Assembly: GCA_963825525.1 (NCBI GenBank)
Contig: CAWGTN010000004.1
Span: forward strand, 1-64,000
DNA: 64,000 nt
Direction: 5' to 3'
Source of the DNA: an uncultured Chloroflexia bacterium
Lineage (GTDB): Bacteria > Chloroflexota > Limnocylindria > QHBO01
In this document: in pieces, positions 12,029-21,392 of the stretch
Layout: the number at the start of each line of letters is the position of its first letter
Position numbering within the stretch: position 1 is the stretch's first letter
The notes under the pieces: generated by a model
The model's database searches: none
Told to the model about the DNA's origin: nothing
What the model saw: the letters and a program-made list of their open reading frames with translations, nothing else
Position numbers and translations under genes: made by a program

Positions 12029-13141
12029 TCAGTGCCAGTTGCGGCGGTCGCGGTCGCCGGCAAAGCGGGCCTCGCGCACGCTTGGACGCAACCACCTCGG
12101 GATGTCGGCCTCACCGGGCGCCGGGTCGCTCGGAACCGCGTCGCCCTCCAGGAGCCGGGGGTCGACCGGCGGGATGAGCTCACGCATGTCGGGCAGCGGC
12201 GTCACGTGGAAGTCGTCCGCTCCGGGCTCGGACACCGCAGCGACGCCCGCCGGGACGCCGGGTGCCGCGGCATGCTCACCCTGGTGCCGACGACGACGAG
12301 CCGCGACGAGGAACCAGGCTCCCGCCCCGCCCAGGATGGCCACGAGGACGGCGCTCGACCCGTCCGGTGGGTCGAATCCCGCGATGGAGAGGCCGCCGGC
12401 GACCGGGACCGCGGCGTCGGATGGCGATGGGGCCGGGGCTGTGGAGGCCCGCCCGGTGGCGGACGGTGTCGGCGGCGCGGAGGGTGCCACGGACGCGAGT
12501 GGGGTGCTCGCCGGCGACGCGGGAGGTGGCACAACCGGTGCGACTGGAGCCGGCGGCACGGCGCTGGGGACGCCGTCGCGACTGGAGCAGCGGCGGTTGC
12601 TCGTGGAGTCGCCGGCACCGGTGAGGGTCGGGCGAGTCGGTGGAGGCGGCGGTGGCGGGGGAGGCGGCGGCGGCGGGGGCGGCGAGGCGGTCGGGGCCGG
12701 CTTGGGAGTGGGTGGAGGGGGCGGCGCGTGGATGACGACCGATGCCGGCGAGACCGAGCTGAGCGTGGACGATCGCGCGCCACGGCCGGACCCGCTGGTC
12801 GCCGAGAAGGAGTAGGAGTGCGTGCCGGGCGGAAGGTTCAAGGCGCGCGAGAACACGACACCGTCGGCATACGCCGTCTGGTTCGAGCTCATGACGATGG
12901 TCCCGACGCCGGGAATGACGAGCGTCATGCTCGTCGGCGCGCACCCCGCATTGTCCGTGTAGACAACCGAGAAGGTCACGACCGTCGAGGTGGTGCCGGA
13001 GCCGGGGCTGGCTGCCCCGTCTGACAACGCCATGGCATGGGATGCGCCGTTGCAGCTGGCGGCGATGGCCGCCGGCGCGGTCGCGAGCAGCGCGATCAGC
13101 ATCCCCACGAGGCCGATGGAAAGGCGCTTCATGATCACCAT
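12029..13141 (-). CDS. Secreted, membrane-anchored Pro-rich surface protein
   Basis: Signal peptide MKRLSIGLVG..AIAA, beta-rich domain with Cys pair, poly-Pro stalk (apparent compensating frameshifts ~12560-12640), TM + RRRR, cytoplasmic tail. Confidence 0.7.
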   Translation of the reverse strand: MVIMKRLSIGLVGMLIALLATAPAAIAASCNGASHAMALSDGAASPGSGTTSTVVTFSVVYTDNAGCAPTSMTLVIPGVGTIVMSSNQTAYADGVVFSRALNLPPGTHSYSFSATSGSGRGARSSTLSSVSPASVVIHAPPPPPTPKPAPTASPPPPPPPPPPPPPPPTRPTLTGAGDSTSNRRCSSRDGVPSAVPPAPVAPVVPPPASPASTPLASVAPSAPPTPSATGRASTAPAPSPSDAAVPVAGGLSIAGFDPPDGSSAVLVAILGGAGAWFLVAARRRRHQGEHAAAPGVPAGVAAVSEPGADDFHVTPLPDMRELIPPVDPRLLEGDAVPSDPAPGEADIPRWLRPSVREARFAGDRDRRNWH

Positions 13142-13287
13142 GGATACGAGATCTCGGGTCTCGTGACGACCGTAGCACCGCATCGGGCCGGCTTCGGATG
13201 GCCCGAAGGTCCCATCCCTGTCCGGGACGCTTGGTCGCCTGCCGACAAAGCATCTCCGTTGGCCCCGTGCTTGCACTTGGTCCGCGC

Positions 13288-13548
13288 ATGGACGACTCGG
13301 CGATTCAGCTGCGGGTCCGGGTGATCGTGGTGTCCACCCGTGCCGCGCTCCGCAGCCTCACAAACGGGGACGCCCAGGCATCGGACGTCGTGTCGCGAGG
13401 GCTCGCGCTGCTCGCGGACCTCGAGGCCGCCCATGAACCTCCAGGTGAGGAGTCGCGCAGGGCACTGTCGGACGCGCGCGCCGAACTGACCGAGCTACAG
13501 CCGAACGAGCGTCATGCCGACGGCGGGCGGAGCATCAGCCACCCGTGA
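13288..13548 (+). CDS. Hypothetical helical protein
   Basis: MDDSAIQLRV... plausible amphipathic helices; overlaps convergent GNAT stop; no clear SD. Confidence 0.4.
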   Translation: MDDSAIQLRVRVIVVSTRAALRSLTNGDAQASDVVSRGLALLADLEAAHEPPGEESRRALSDARAELTELQPNERHADGGRSISHP

Positions 13549-14135
13549 ACATCCGTTCGCGGTAGGGTCAATTCCTCGACCACTTCGAACCCCAACCGCT
13601 CGTAGAGCAACACGTTGCGGGCGCCGGCAGTCTCCAGATAGGCGGGAATGCTGTCGCGGTCACATCGGTCGAGGACGGGCCTCGTCAGGGCCGTGCCGAT
13701 GCCCTCGCCCTGTCGATCGGTGTCGACGCCCAGGGCCGAGAGGTAGAAGTGGTCACCCGGCGCGTGGTGACGATGGCGTTCCTCGAGCGCGGCCATCACC
13801 GAGCCGACCAGCCGAAGCCGACGCCATCCGGCCAGGCGCGCCATGGACGGAAGCTGCCGGATGCTCTCAAGCACGGAGAGCCCGCCACGGCCAGGAGGGA
13901 TCCAGATGGCGACGCCGGCATGATCATCTGTGGTGAACGTCTCGGACATGTCCGCCGACCCGTGGCGCAGGATCGCGCGCCAGCCCTCGCGCATCCGCTG
14001 AGTGCGCTCGGACGCGTCACCGGCCAGGAACGAGTAGAACGGATCGTGGACGAAGGCGCGGGCGAGAACGTCCGACAGTGCCGAGATCTCGTCGCGTCGC
14101 GCGCGTCGAACCGCAATCCGGGGCTCGCTAGTCAC
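13512..14135 (-). CDS. GNAT family N-acetyltransferase (puromycin acetyltransferase-like)
   Basis: YLSALGV..RQGEGIG motif A, PAYLET, NVLLYERLGF. Confidence 0.9.
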   Translation of the reverse strand: MTSEPRIAVRRARRDEISALSDVLARAFVHDPFYSFLAGDASERTQRMREGWRAILRHGSADMSETFTTDDHAGVAIWIPPGRGGLSVLESIRQLPSMARLAGWRRLRLVGSVMAALEERHRHHAPGDHFYLSALGVDTDRQGEGIGTALTRPVLDRCDRDSIPAYLETAGARNVLLYERLGFEVVEELTLPRTDVHGWLMLRPPSA

Positions 14136-14789
14136 TCAGGTCGATCCGCCGATCCGCCGGTTCATCCCCGGGGGCGACCTCGACCAGCGCCCAGCCCGGA
14201 AGGGGACTGCCGTCTGGTCCACCTTCCGCGCTGAGGATCTCAACGACGCGCCGGATGATCCCGTCCGCGGCCGCACGCGCGTCGGACGAGCTTCCAGCGA
14301 CCAGCGCGGCGAGCCGTTCCTCCAGTCGTCGCGTGGCGATGGCGGGCAGGAGTCCGTCCCGATCCCGGCGCACGAGCGCCTCGGCATCGGTGATGCCTTC
14401 TGCCTGCAGAGCGGCGATCTGGCGCCGGACCGTCGAGCCCTCGGCGCGGGGCAATTCGTCGATCCAGCTGGGAGGGGGCGGAGCGGGCTTTGCCTCCTTC
14501 GTCGCCCGGGCGCTGCGCTTCGGCGTGCGCGCGGGCGTTCGGCCTTGTCCGCATCGCTGCGATGCCCCGGCAGCGCGTCTCGTGCCGCCTTCAGGGTGCG
14601 ATACGGACCGTGGATGCGCTCCTGGCCGAACTCGTTGGTGAGCTGCGTGTCGACCACGAACCACCCGGCATCGGCCTCGCGAACCTCGAACCGGTCATCG
14701 GCCGTGCGATAGGTGCCGGCATGGTCGCGCACGAGGCGATCCGGATCGGCGTTCGCATCAGTCGCGGAAGAGGCCTTGGCCCTCGGCAT
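14128..14789 (-). CDS. Hypothetical protein (frameshift near 14510)
   Basis: N-terminal frame MPRAK..YRTADDRFEV..GPYRTLKAAR joins C-terminal frame KPAPPPPSWIDEL..RRIDLSD; TACGCT 6 nt before ATG. Confidence 0.6.
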
Positions 14790-14870
14790 GGCCTAAGCGT
14801 ACCGGGTCTTGAAGCCGCGAGGGCGCGGTGGCACCATACGCTGTCCACTTGGCAACGACAGAGGGCTGAC

Positions 14871-15285
14871 ATGATCCGAGTCGCGCGCTACGCCTACCTC
14901 GTGGCTGCCTGGGCCTTCCTGGCGGGCGTCGTGGTGCAGGTCTTCTTCATCGGCCTTGGCCTGTTCGCCGGCTCCCAGAACCTGGAGCTCCACGTCACGC
15001 TGGGCTGGATCCTGCACCTGATCCCGATCCTGATGCTCGGCCTCGCGGCGTTGGCACGTGCCGGTCGCACGCGCATCCTCCAGGCGGCAGCCTTGGCCGT
15101 CACGGTCTTCGTGGTGCCGATCCTCGTGATCCTGCGGGACGATCTGCCCGGTCGCGGCGGCCCTGCACCCGGTCGGGGCGCTGCTGGCGTTCTGGCTATC
15201 GATCATCGTGGCCCGCGGGGCGACGAGCCTGACGAGGGACGCCGACGACGGCGCCGCGGCGGAGATCCTGCCGACGGGAGCATGA
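14871..15285 (+). CDS. DUF6220-like membrane protein (frameshift near 15150)
   Basis: QVFFIGLGLF...H...G; shifted frame gives VAAALHPVGALLAFWL; four TM helices with conserved His residues. Confidence 0.7.
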
Positions 15286-15292
15286 GGCGCCA

Positions 15293-15961
15293 GTGACGCC
15301 GCGCTCGGAGTCCGATTGCTGCGAGCCCGGTCCTGATCCACGCGTCGCTCGCCGGTTCGACAGCCAGTGGTCCGATTTCGAGGACGGTGAGGAGTTTCCC
15401 CAGATGGTGGACGTCTCCGCCAGCCTGCTGGATCGTCTGCGGGATGCTCCGATCGTGCGGCCCACCGTGCTCGAGATCGGCTCGGGGACCGGCGGCATGA
15501 GCGTGGCGCTGCTTGAGATGGGTGCGCGGACGGTGCGAGGTGTCGACCTCTCGCAGGCAAGCGTGGAGGTCGCCCGGCGACGCGCCAGGGCAGGGCGATT
15601 CGGCGAACAGGCGGACTTCACGGTGGGCGAAGGCGTATCGGCAGGAGGCGGTCCCTACGACTGGGTGATCCTTGATCGAGTCCTGTGCTGCGACGGGCGG
15701 GGATACTCGCTGCTCGAGGCGGCCATCCGCCTGGCGCGTCAGCGGATCGCCATCTCCGTTCCCGAATCCCGGGGCTGGCGTGGGTTGCTCAACCGGCCGA
15801 TGTGGGCGGCCGAGACGGTGTGGGACCTCGCGCGGGGTGGCTGCCGCGGGTACGTCCACGACCTGCGCAGAATGGAGCGCTCGCTGGCTGATGCCGGCTT
15901 CCTGCCAACCGGGGTCGGTCATGTCGGCCTGTGGCACGTGGGCGTCTACGGGCGAGGCTGA
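15293..15961 (+). CDS. Class I SAM-dependent methyltransferase
   Basis: VLEIGSGTG motif I, GVDLS, DRVLCC. Confidence 0.85.
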   Translation: MTPRSESDCCEPGPDPRVARRFDSQWSDFEDGEEFPQMVDVSASLLDRLRDAPIVRPTVLEIGSGTGGMSVALLEMGARTVRGVDLSQASVEVARRRARAGRFGEQADFTVGEGVSAGGGPYDWVILDRVLCCDGRGYSLLEAAIRLARQRIAISVPESRGWRGLLNRPMWAAETVWDLARGGCRGYVHDLRRMERSLADAGFLPTGVGHVGLWHVGVYGRG

Positions 15962-16004
15962 GCGCTCGCGCGCGACGCTCGCACACTGGCCGTATCCTTG
16001 TCGG

Positions 16005-16889
16005 ATGTCGCTGTATCGGCTCGACGCGGACCCGCAGCTCGAGGCTCCCATCCTGGTTGCCGCGCTCGAGGGCTGGGTGGACGCCGGGGGCGCGGGCACG
16101 ACCGCCGCACAGCAGCTGGCGGCCGATGGCACCACGGTCGCCACCTTTGACGCCGATGCCATCTATGACTTTCGATCGCGTCGCCCGGTGCTCGACATCC
16201 TCGACGGGCGACCGGTGAGCCTGGCCTGGGCCGAGCTGCGCCTGGTGGCGGCGAAGGTGGAGCAGCGCGACGTCCTGGTGCTGACCGGGCCGGAGCCCGA
16301 CTACCGATGGCGCGAGCTGGCCACGGACGTGGTCGAGCTCGCCAAGCGATTGGGTGTGACGAGCTGGGTCAGCCTGGGCGCCATCCCAGCCGCGGTCCCG
16401 CATACCCGGCCCGTCCCGATCCTGGCGACCGCATCGGCCCCCGGCCTGCTGCCCGGGGGGATTCGGCAGGGCCCGGATGGCCTTCTCCGCGTTCCCGCAG
16501 CGCTCCTCTCGGTGCTCGAGCTGGCCGCCAGCACGTCGGGCATCCCGGCCGTCGGGTTCTTCGCGCAGGTGCCGCACTACGTGAACGCGTCGTACCCCAC
16601 GGCCTCCATCGCGCTGCTGACCGCGCTCGGCCGCTACCTGGCGACGGAGGTGCCGATCGGTCCTCTGGCGAGCCGGGCACTCGAGCGCCGCAACATGCTG
16701 GATGCGGCAGCCGCGTCCGATGAGGACACCAAGGCCCATGTCGAGCGTCTCGAGCTGCTGGCCGATGAATCACGGCTGCCCGAGGGTGATGAGCTCATCG
16801 CCGATATCGAGCGCTTCCTCCGCGAGGGGAGCTCGGACGACGGGGACGATGGCGGCGATGAGACGGGCGGGGGACCACGCCTCCACTGA
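16005..16889 (+). CDS. PAC2 family (proteasome assembly chaperone-like) protein
   Basis: EGWVDAGGAG, YDFRSRRP, GPEPDYRW, VPHTRP, QVPHY motifs; TATCCT 6 nt before ATG. Confidence 0.88.
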   Translation: MSLYRLDADPQLEAPILVAALEGWVDAGGAGTTAAQQLAADGTTVATFDADAIYDFRSRRPVLDILDGRPVSLAWAELRLVAAKVEQRDVLVLTGPEPDYRWRELATDVVELAKRLGVTSWVSLGAIPAAVPHTRPVPILATASAPGLLPGGIRQGPDGLLRVPAALLSVLELAASTSGIPAVGFFAQVPHYVNASYPTASIALLTALGRYLATEVPIGPLASRALERRNMLDAAAASDEDTKAHVERLELLADESRLPEGDELIADIERFLREGSSDDGDDGGDETGGGPRLH

Positions 16890-16911
16890 GCCATCGGAGA
16901 TGGGCTGGCCG

Positions 16912-17253
16912 CTAGCCCTTCTTCTTCTTGCCCCCGGACGCGACAGGTGCCGGCCGATCCAGGATCTCGTCGATCGCGCGACGGGCCTGGAACGCGGAGC
17001 GGAAGGAATTCTGCGAGCGGGGAGCATCGGCATCGGCGCGGATGTACCAGCTGCGTTCGCCTGCCACGTACGAGATCTCGTAGCCGCGGTGCTCTTCGGC
17101 TGGTCGGGGCGCGTCGTTCGCGAGCATGATCGTGGCTTCGCGAGCGGTCTTCGGGTTACAGGTCGCGCATCGGGACTCGAGCAGTCCGTGTGCGCATCGG
17201 CGGCAGGAAGCGCAGATCTGCTTGTCGAATCCGTGGATACATTGTTCGGTCAT
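16912..17253 (-). CDS. Small protein with tandem CxHG-x5-CxxC putative Zn-binding repeats
   Basis: CIHGFDKQICASC and CAHGLLESRCATC; GAAAGG SD; Lys-rich C-terminus. Confidence 0.75.
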   Translation of the reverse strand: MTEQCIHGFDKQICASCRRCAHGLLESRCATCNPKTAREATIMLANDAPRPAEEHRGYEISYVAGERSWYIRADADAPRSQNSFRSAFQARRAIDEILDRPAPVASGGKKKKG

Positions 17254-17384
17254 GGCCGCCTTTCATGTGGGAGTCTCTAGCGTACACCGATCCGATGTGC
17301 TACATTTGGCACACGTGTTCGATTGGCGCACCGGTCTGCGCCGCGGCTTCATCCCCGTCCCGACCTCGATTACCCACCATTCGC

Positions 17385-17433
17385 CCTGACCGGGCCCCGC
17401 GCGAGTATCGCTGCGGGAGGGCCTCGTCAGGAG
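17385..17433 (+). promoter_or_regulatory. Long 5'-UTR hairpin overlapping the SD of the DEAD-box helicase
   Basis: Nested pairs CCTGAC/GTCAGG, GGCCC/GGGCC, CCGC/GCGG, GCGA/TCGC; 3' arm overlaps AGGAG; extended -10 TGCTACATT at 17298-17306. Confidence 0.5.
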
Positions 17434-17443
17434 CAACATTCCC

Positions 17444-18775
<1,332 letters not shown>

Positions 18776-18883
18776 TCAGTACTCGCCGCGCGTTCCGCCT
18801 GGCGCGCCGTCGCGTCGATTCGCCCACGCTGCGGGGTGGCGCCTTCCGCTCCGGGATTCTCACCGCCAGGGCCCATCGGGCCG

Positions 18884-18912
18884 TTGCGCGGCAATCGAAT
18901 CGCGCGTACGCT
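18884..18912 (+). promoter_or_regulatory. Sigma70-type promoter
   Basis: TTGCGC-17 bp-TACGCT, 9 nt upstream of the GTG of a Cys-rich uORF. Confidence 0.6.
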
Positions 18913-18921
18913 GCCACCACT

Positions 18922-18981
18922 GTGACGAACCCACGCCGACGCAAGCCCGACCCCTGCACGCAGGCCTGCATCTGTCGCTAG
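18922..18981 (+). CDS. Putative cysteine-rich leader peptide MTNPRRRKPDPCTQACICR
   Basis: GTG just downstream of the -10 box, three Cys codons in the last 8 sense codons, structured spacer before DUF4395 gene. Confidence 0.6.
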   Translation: MTNPRRRKPDPCTQACICR

Positions 18982-19112
18982 GCGGGAGGAGCATCGCTCC
19001 CGTCTCCTCGTCGGCGCATCGCATCGATTCGTCACCCCGCTGAGGCTCTCCTTCCGCCCACTGCCGTCGTCCTCCGTACCGGCCGTGCGCCGATGCACCC
19101 TGGAGTTGCTTC

Positions 19113-19832
19113 ATGATCCCGAACCCACGTACCGCCCATCCCTACCGCGACACGGACGTCATCGACGCCCGTGCGCCCCGCTTCAACCAGGCGACGGTCG
19201 GGTCGCTGTCCCTGGTTGCCGTCCTTGCCGGCTGGTGGCCATTGCTGACCCTGCTGGCCATCCAGCTCGGGCTTGGCCTGCGCTACGGCCGGCGCTGGTG
19301 CCTCCCCTGCGTGACGTACTTCGAGCTGGTGCAGCCGCGCTTCGGCGAGGGACCCATCGAGGACTCGCGCCCGCCGCGATTCGCCAACCAGATCGGGTTC
19401 TGGTGTCCTCGGCGTCGGCGACGGTCGCTCACCTGGTCGGCCTGGGGGTCGTCGGGAACGCGCTCGGGCTGCTGGTCGCAGCGCTGGCGCTGCTGGCGGC
19501 GGCCACCGGCGTGTGCGCGGGCTGCGAGATGTACCGCGATTCGCGCCCGGCTGCGGGGCATCAGACGCCGAGCGATCGACCGCGTTGAGCTTGCCGAGCT
19601 CGGTGAGCCACGGGGCGGCGGACCGCTCGACGACCTGCTCATCGCGTTCAGCCATCCGCTGTGCACCGACTGCCATGCCGTGGCCAACGAGCTGGCCGCC
19701 GGGTCCGACCGCTGGGTGAGCGTCGATGTGCGTGAGCGACCGGACCTGGCGCGCAAGTACGGCGTCGCGCTGGTCCCGACGATCGTGCGCGTCGCCGCCG
19801 ACGGACGGGTGGTCCACCAGGTGGCCGGCTGA
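19113..19832 (+). CDS. DUF4395 membrane domain fused to thioredoxin-like domain (compensating frameshifts ~19400 and ~19537)
   Basis: IDARAPRFNQ, EDSRPPRFA, shifted-frame TGVCAGCEMY signature; C-terminal CTDC and LARKYGVALVPT. Confidence 0.8.
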   Translation: MIPNPRTAHPYRDTDVIDARAPRFNQATVGSLSLVAVLAGWWPLLTLLAIQLGLGLRYGRRWCLPCVTYFELVQPRFGEGPIEDSRPPRFANQIGFWCPRRRRRSLTWSAWGSSGTRSGCWSQRWRCWRRPPACARAARCTAIRARLRGIRRRAIDRVELAELGEPRGGGPLDDLLIAFSHPLCTDCHAVANELAAGSDRWVSVDVRERPDLARKYGVALVPTIVRVAADGRVVHQVAG

Positions 19833-19895
19833 CCTGAACAGAAGGGTCGCCGATGTCGAGGGCGAGGAGCGGGCGGTGTGTCGCATCATGGGCGC

Positions 19896-20496
19896 ATGAC
19901 TGAGAGGGTACGGTCCGAGCTGGTGCGGCCCGGCGACCCCGATCGCGATGCCGAGGCGGTGGCCGCAATCTACCGTCCGGCGGTGGAGGGATCGGTAGCC
20001 ACCTTCGAGGAGATCCCGCCCGGCGCCGACGAGATGGCCAGACGCATGCGAGCCATCATGCTCCGCACGCCGTGGCTCGTGGCGGAGGACGGACCCGGCG
20101 GGAAGGTCATCGGTTATGCCTACGCCGGCCGACACCGCGAGCGAGCAGGGTATCGCTGGTCGGTGGACATCTCGGCCTACATCCATCCCGACCATCGAGG
20201 ACGCGGCATCGGCCGCGCTGCTCTACGACGCGCTGCTGCCGCTGCTGAGGCGGCAGGGGTTCGTCAACGTGTATGCCGGCATCGCCATCCCGAACGTGCC
20301 CAGCGTGTCACTCCACGAGCACGTCGGCATGCGCTGGATCGGCGTCTACGAGCACGTCGGCTTCAAATTCGGCGCCTGGCATGACGTCGCCTGGTATGGG
20401 CTGCGGCTCGTTGATCTCCCAGATTCACCGGTCGAACCCGTCGCGTATCCGGAACTTCCGGAACTTCCCGAACTTCCCGCACAAGACGGGGCTTGA
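19896..20496 (+). CDS. GNAT N-acetyltransferase, phosphinothricin/methionine-sulfoximine acetyltransferase-like (frameshift near 20215)
   Basis: ATFEE, GYAYA..RxxYRWSV, RGRGIG, AGIAIPN.PSVSLH, VGFKFGAWHDV. Confidence 0.85.
20449..20478 (+). repeat. Short 9-nt tandem repeat (CCSGAACTT)x3 encoding PEL repeats
   Basis: ccggaactt ccggaactt cccgaactt ccc at the end of the GNAT gene. Confidence 0.8.
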
Positions 20497-20523
20497 CTCT
20501 CGACCTACCCGAGGGCCCATGCT
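20493..20523 (+). promoter_or_regulatory. MerR-type promoter/operator
   Basis: TTGACT-19 bp-CATGCT with dyad CTCG-N7-CGAG in the spacer; ATG of MerR gene 7 nt downstream. Confidence 0.75.
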
Positions 20524-20530
20524 CTCCGAC

Positions 20531-21335
20531 ATGGACGAGCTTCTGCCGATTGGTCGCTTCGGTCGCCTCAGCGGGCTGACGATCGGCGCGCTGCGTCACT
20601 ACCACGAGCTGGGATTGCTCTTCCCGCCCATGTCGACCCCGATACCTCCTATCGGTCGTATCGGATCGAGCCAGGTGGACGATGCGCGGCTCATCGCCAG
20701 GCTGCGCGAGCTCGATCTGGGGCTCGCCGAGATCGGCGCGGTGATCGCGGCGGAGCCCGGCCGAGCGCAACCGGCTGCTGGCGGCCCATCGGGCCGGTCT
20801 CAGCGCGCTGCTGTCGAAGACTCAGCGCCAGATCCACTGGCTGAACCAGACCATCGATCACGAGGAGCCGATCATGCCTGCCGCAACCCCTGCCACCATC
20901 GACGCCGTCACCCATCGGCAGCTGGCCGTCGACCTGTTCAACAGCGTCTGGACGTTGCTCGAGCGCACGGATCGCTCGACGGCCGAGGACGACGATATGC
21001 TCCATGCGGCGCATGCGTCCCGCCATCACTGGGGCGAGGTGGGTGAGCCCGTGAACCTGGCACGCGGCGAGTGGCAATGCTCGCGTGTGTATGCCGTGCT
21101 CGGCCGAGCCGAGCCGGCGCTGTGGCACGCCCGGCGCTGCCTGGCCCTGTGCGAGGAGCTGGGATCGGCGACTTGGACATCGCGTTCGCGCAGGAGGCGG
21201 TGGCGCGCGCCCTCAGGTGGGCGGTGACGCGGCTGGCGGCCGAGGCCGCGCTGGCGCGGGCGCGAGAGGCCGCCGCGGCAGGTTGCCGAGGATGACGACC
21301 GGGAGCTGGTCATGGGCGATCTCGCCACGATCTGA
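20531..21335 (+). CDS. MerR family transcriptional regulator with helical (TPR-like) effector domain (several frameshifts)
   Basis: IGRFGRLSGLTIGALRHYHELGLL HTH; later frames give LAVDLFNSVWTLLE, MLHAAHASRHHW, RGEWQCSRVY...ELVMGDLATI*. Confidence 0.8.
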
Positions 21336-21392
21336 CCTCGCCGCGGGCTGTGGATGGACGGCGTGTCGTGATCGGCCTAGGCTGCAGGGACC

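Noticed and set aside
15293-15961. bchM / phototrophy gene
   Set aside because: Only generic methyltransferase motifs; no other bch genes in the window.
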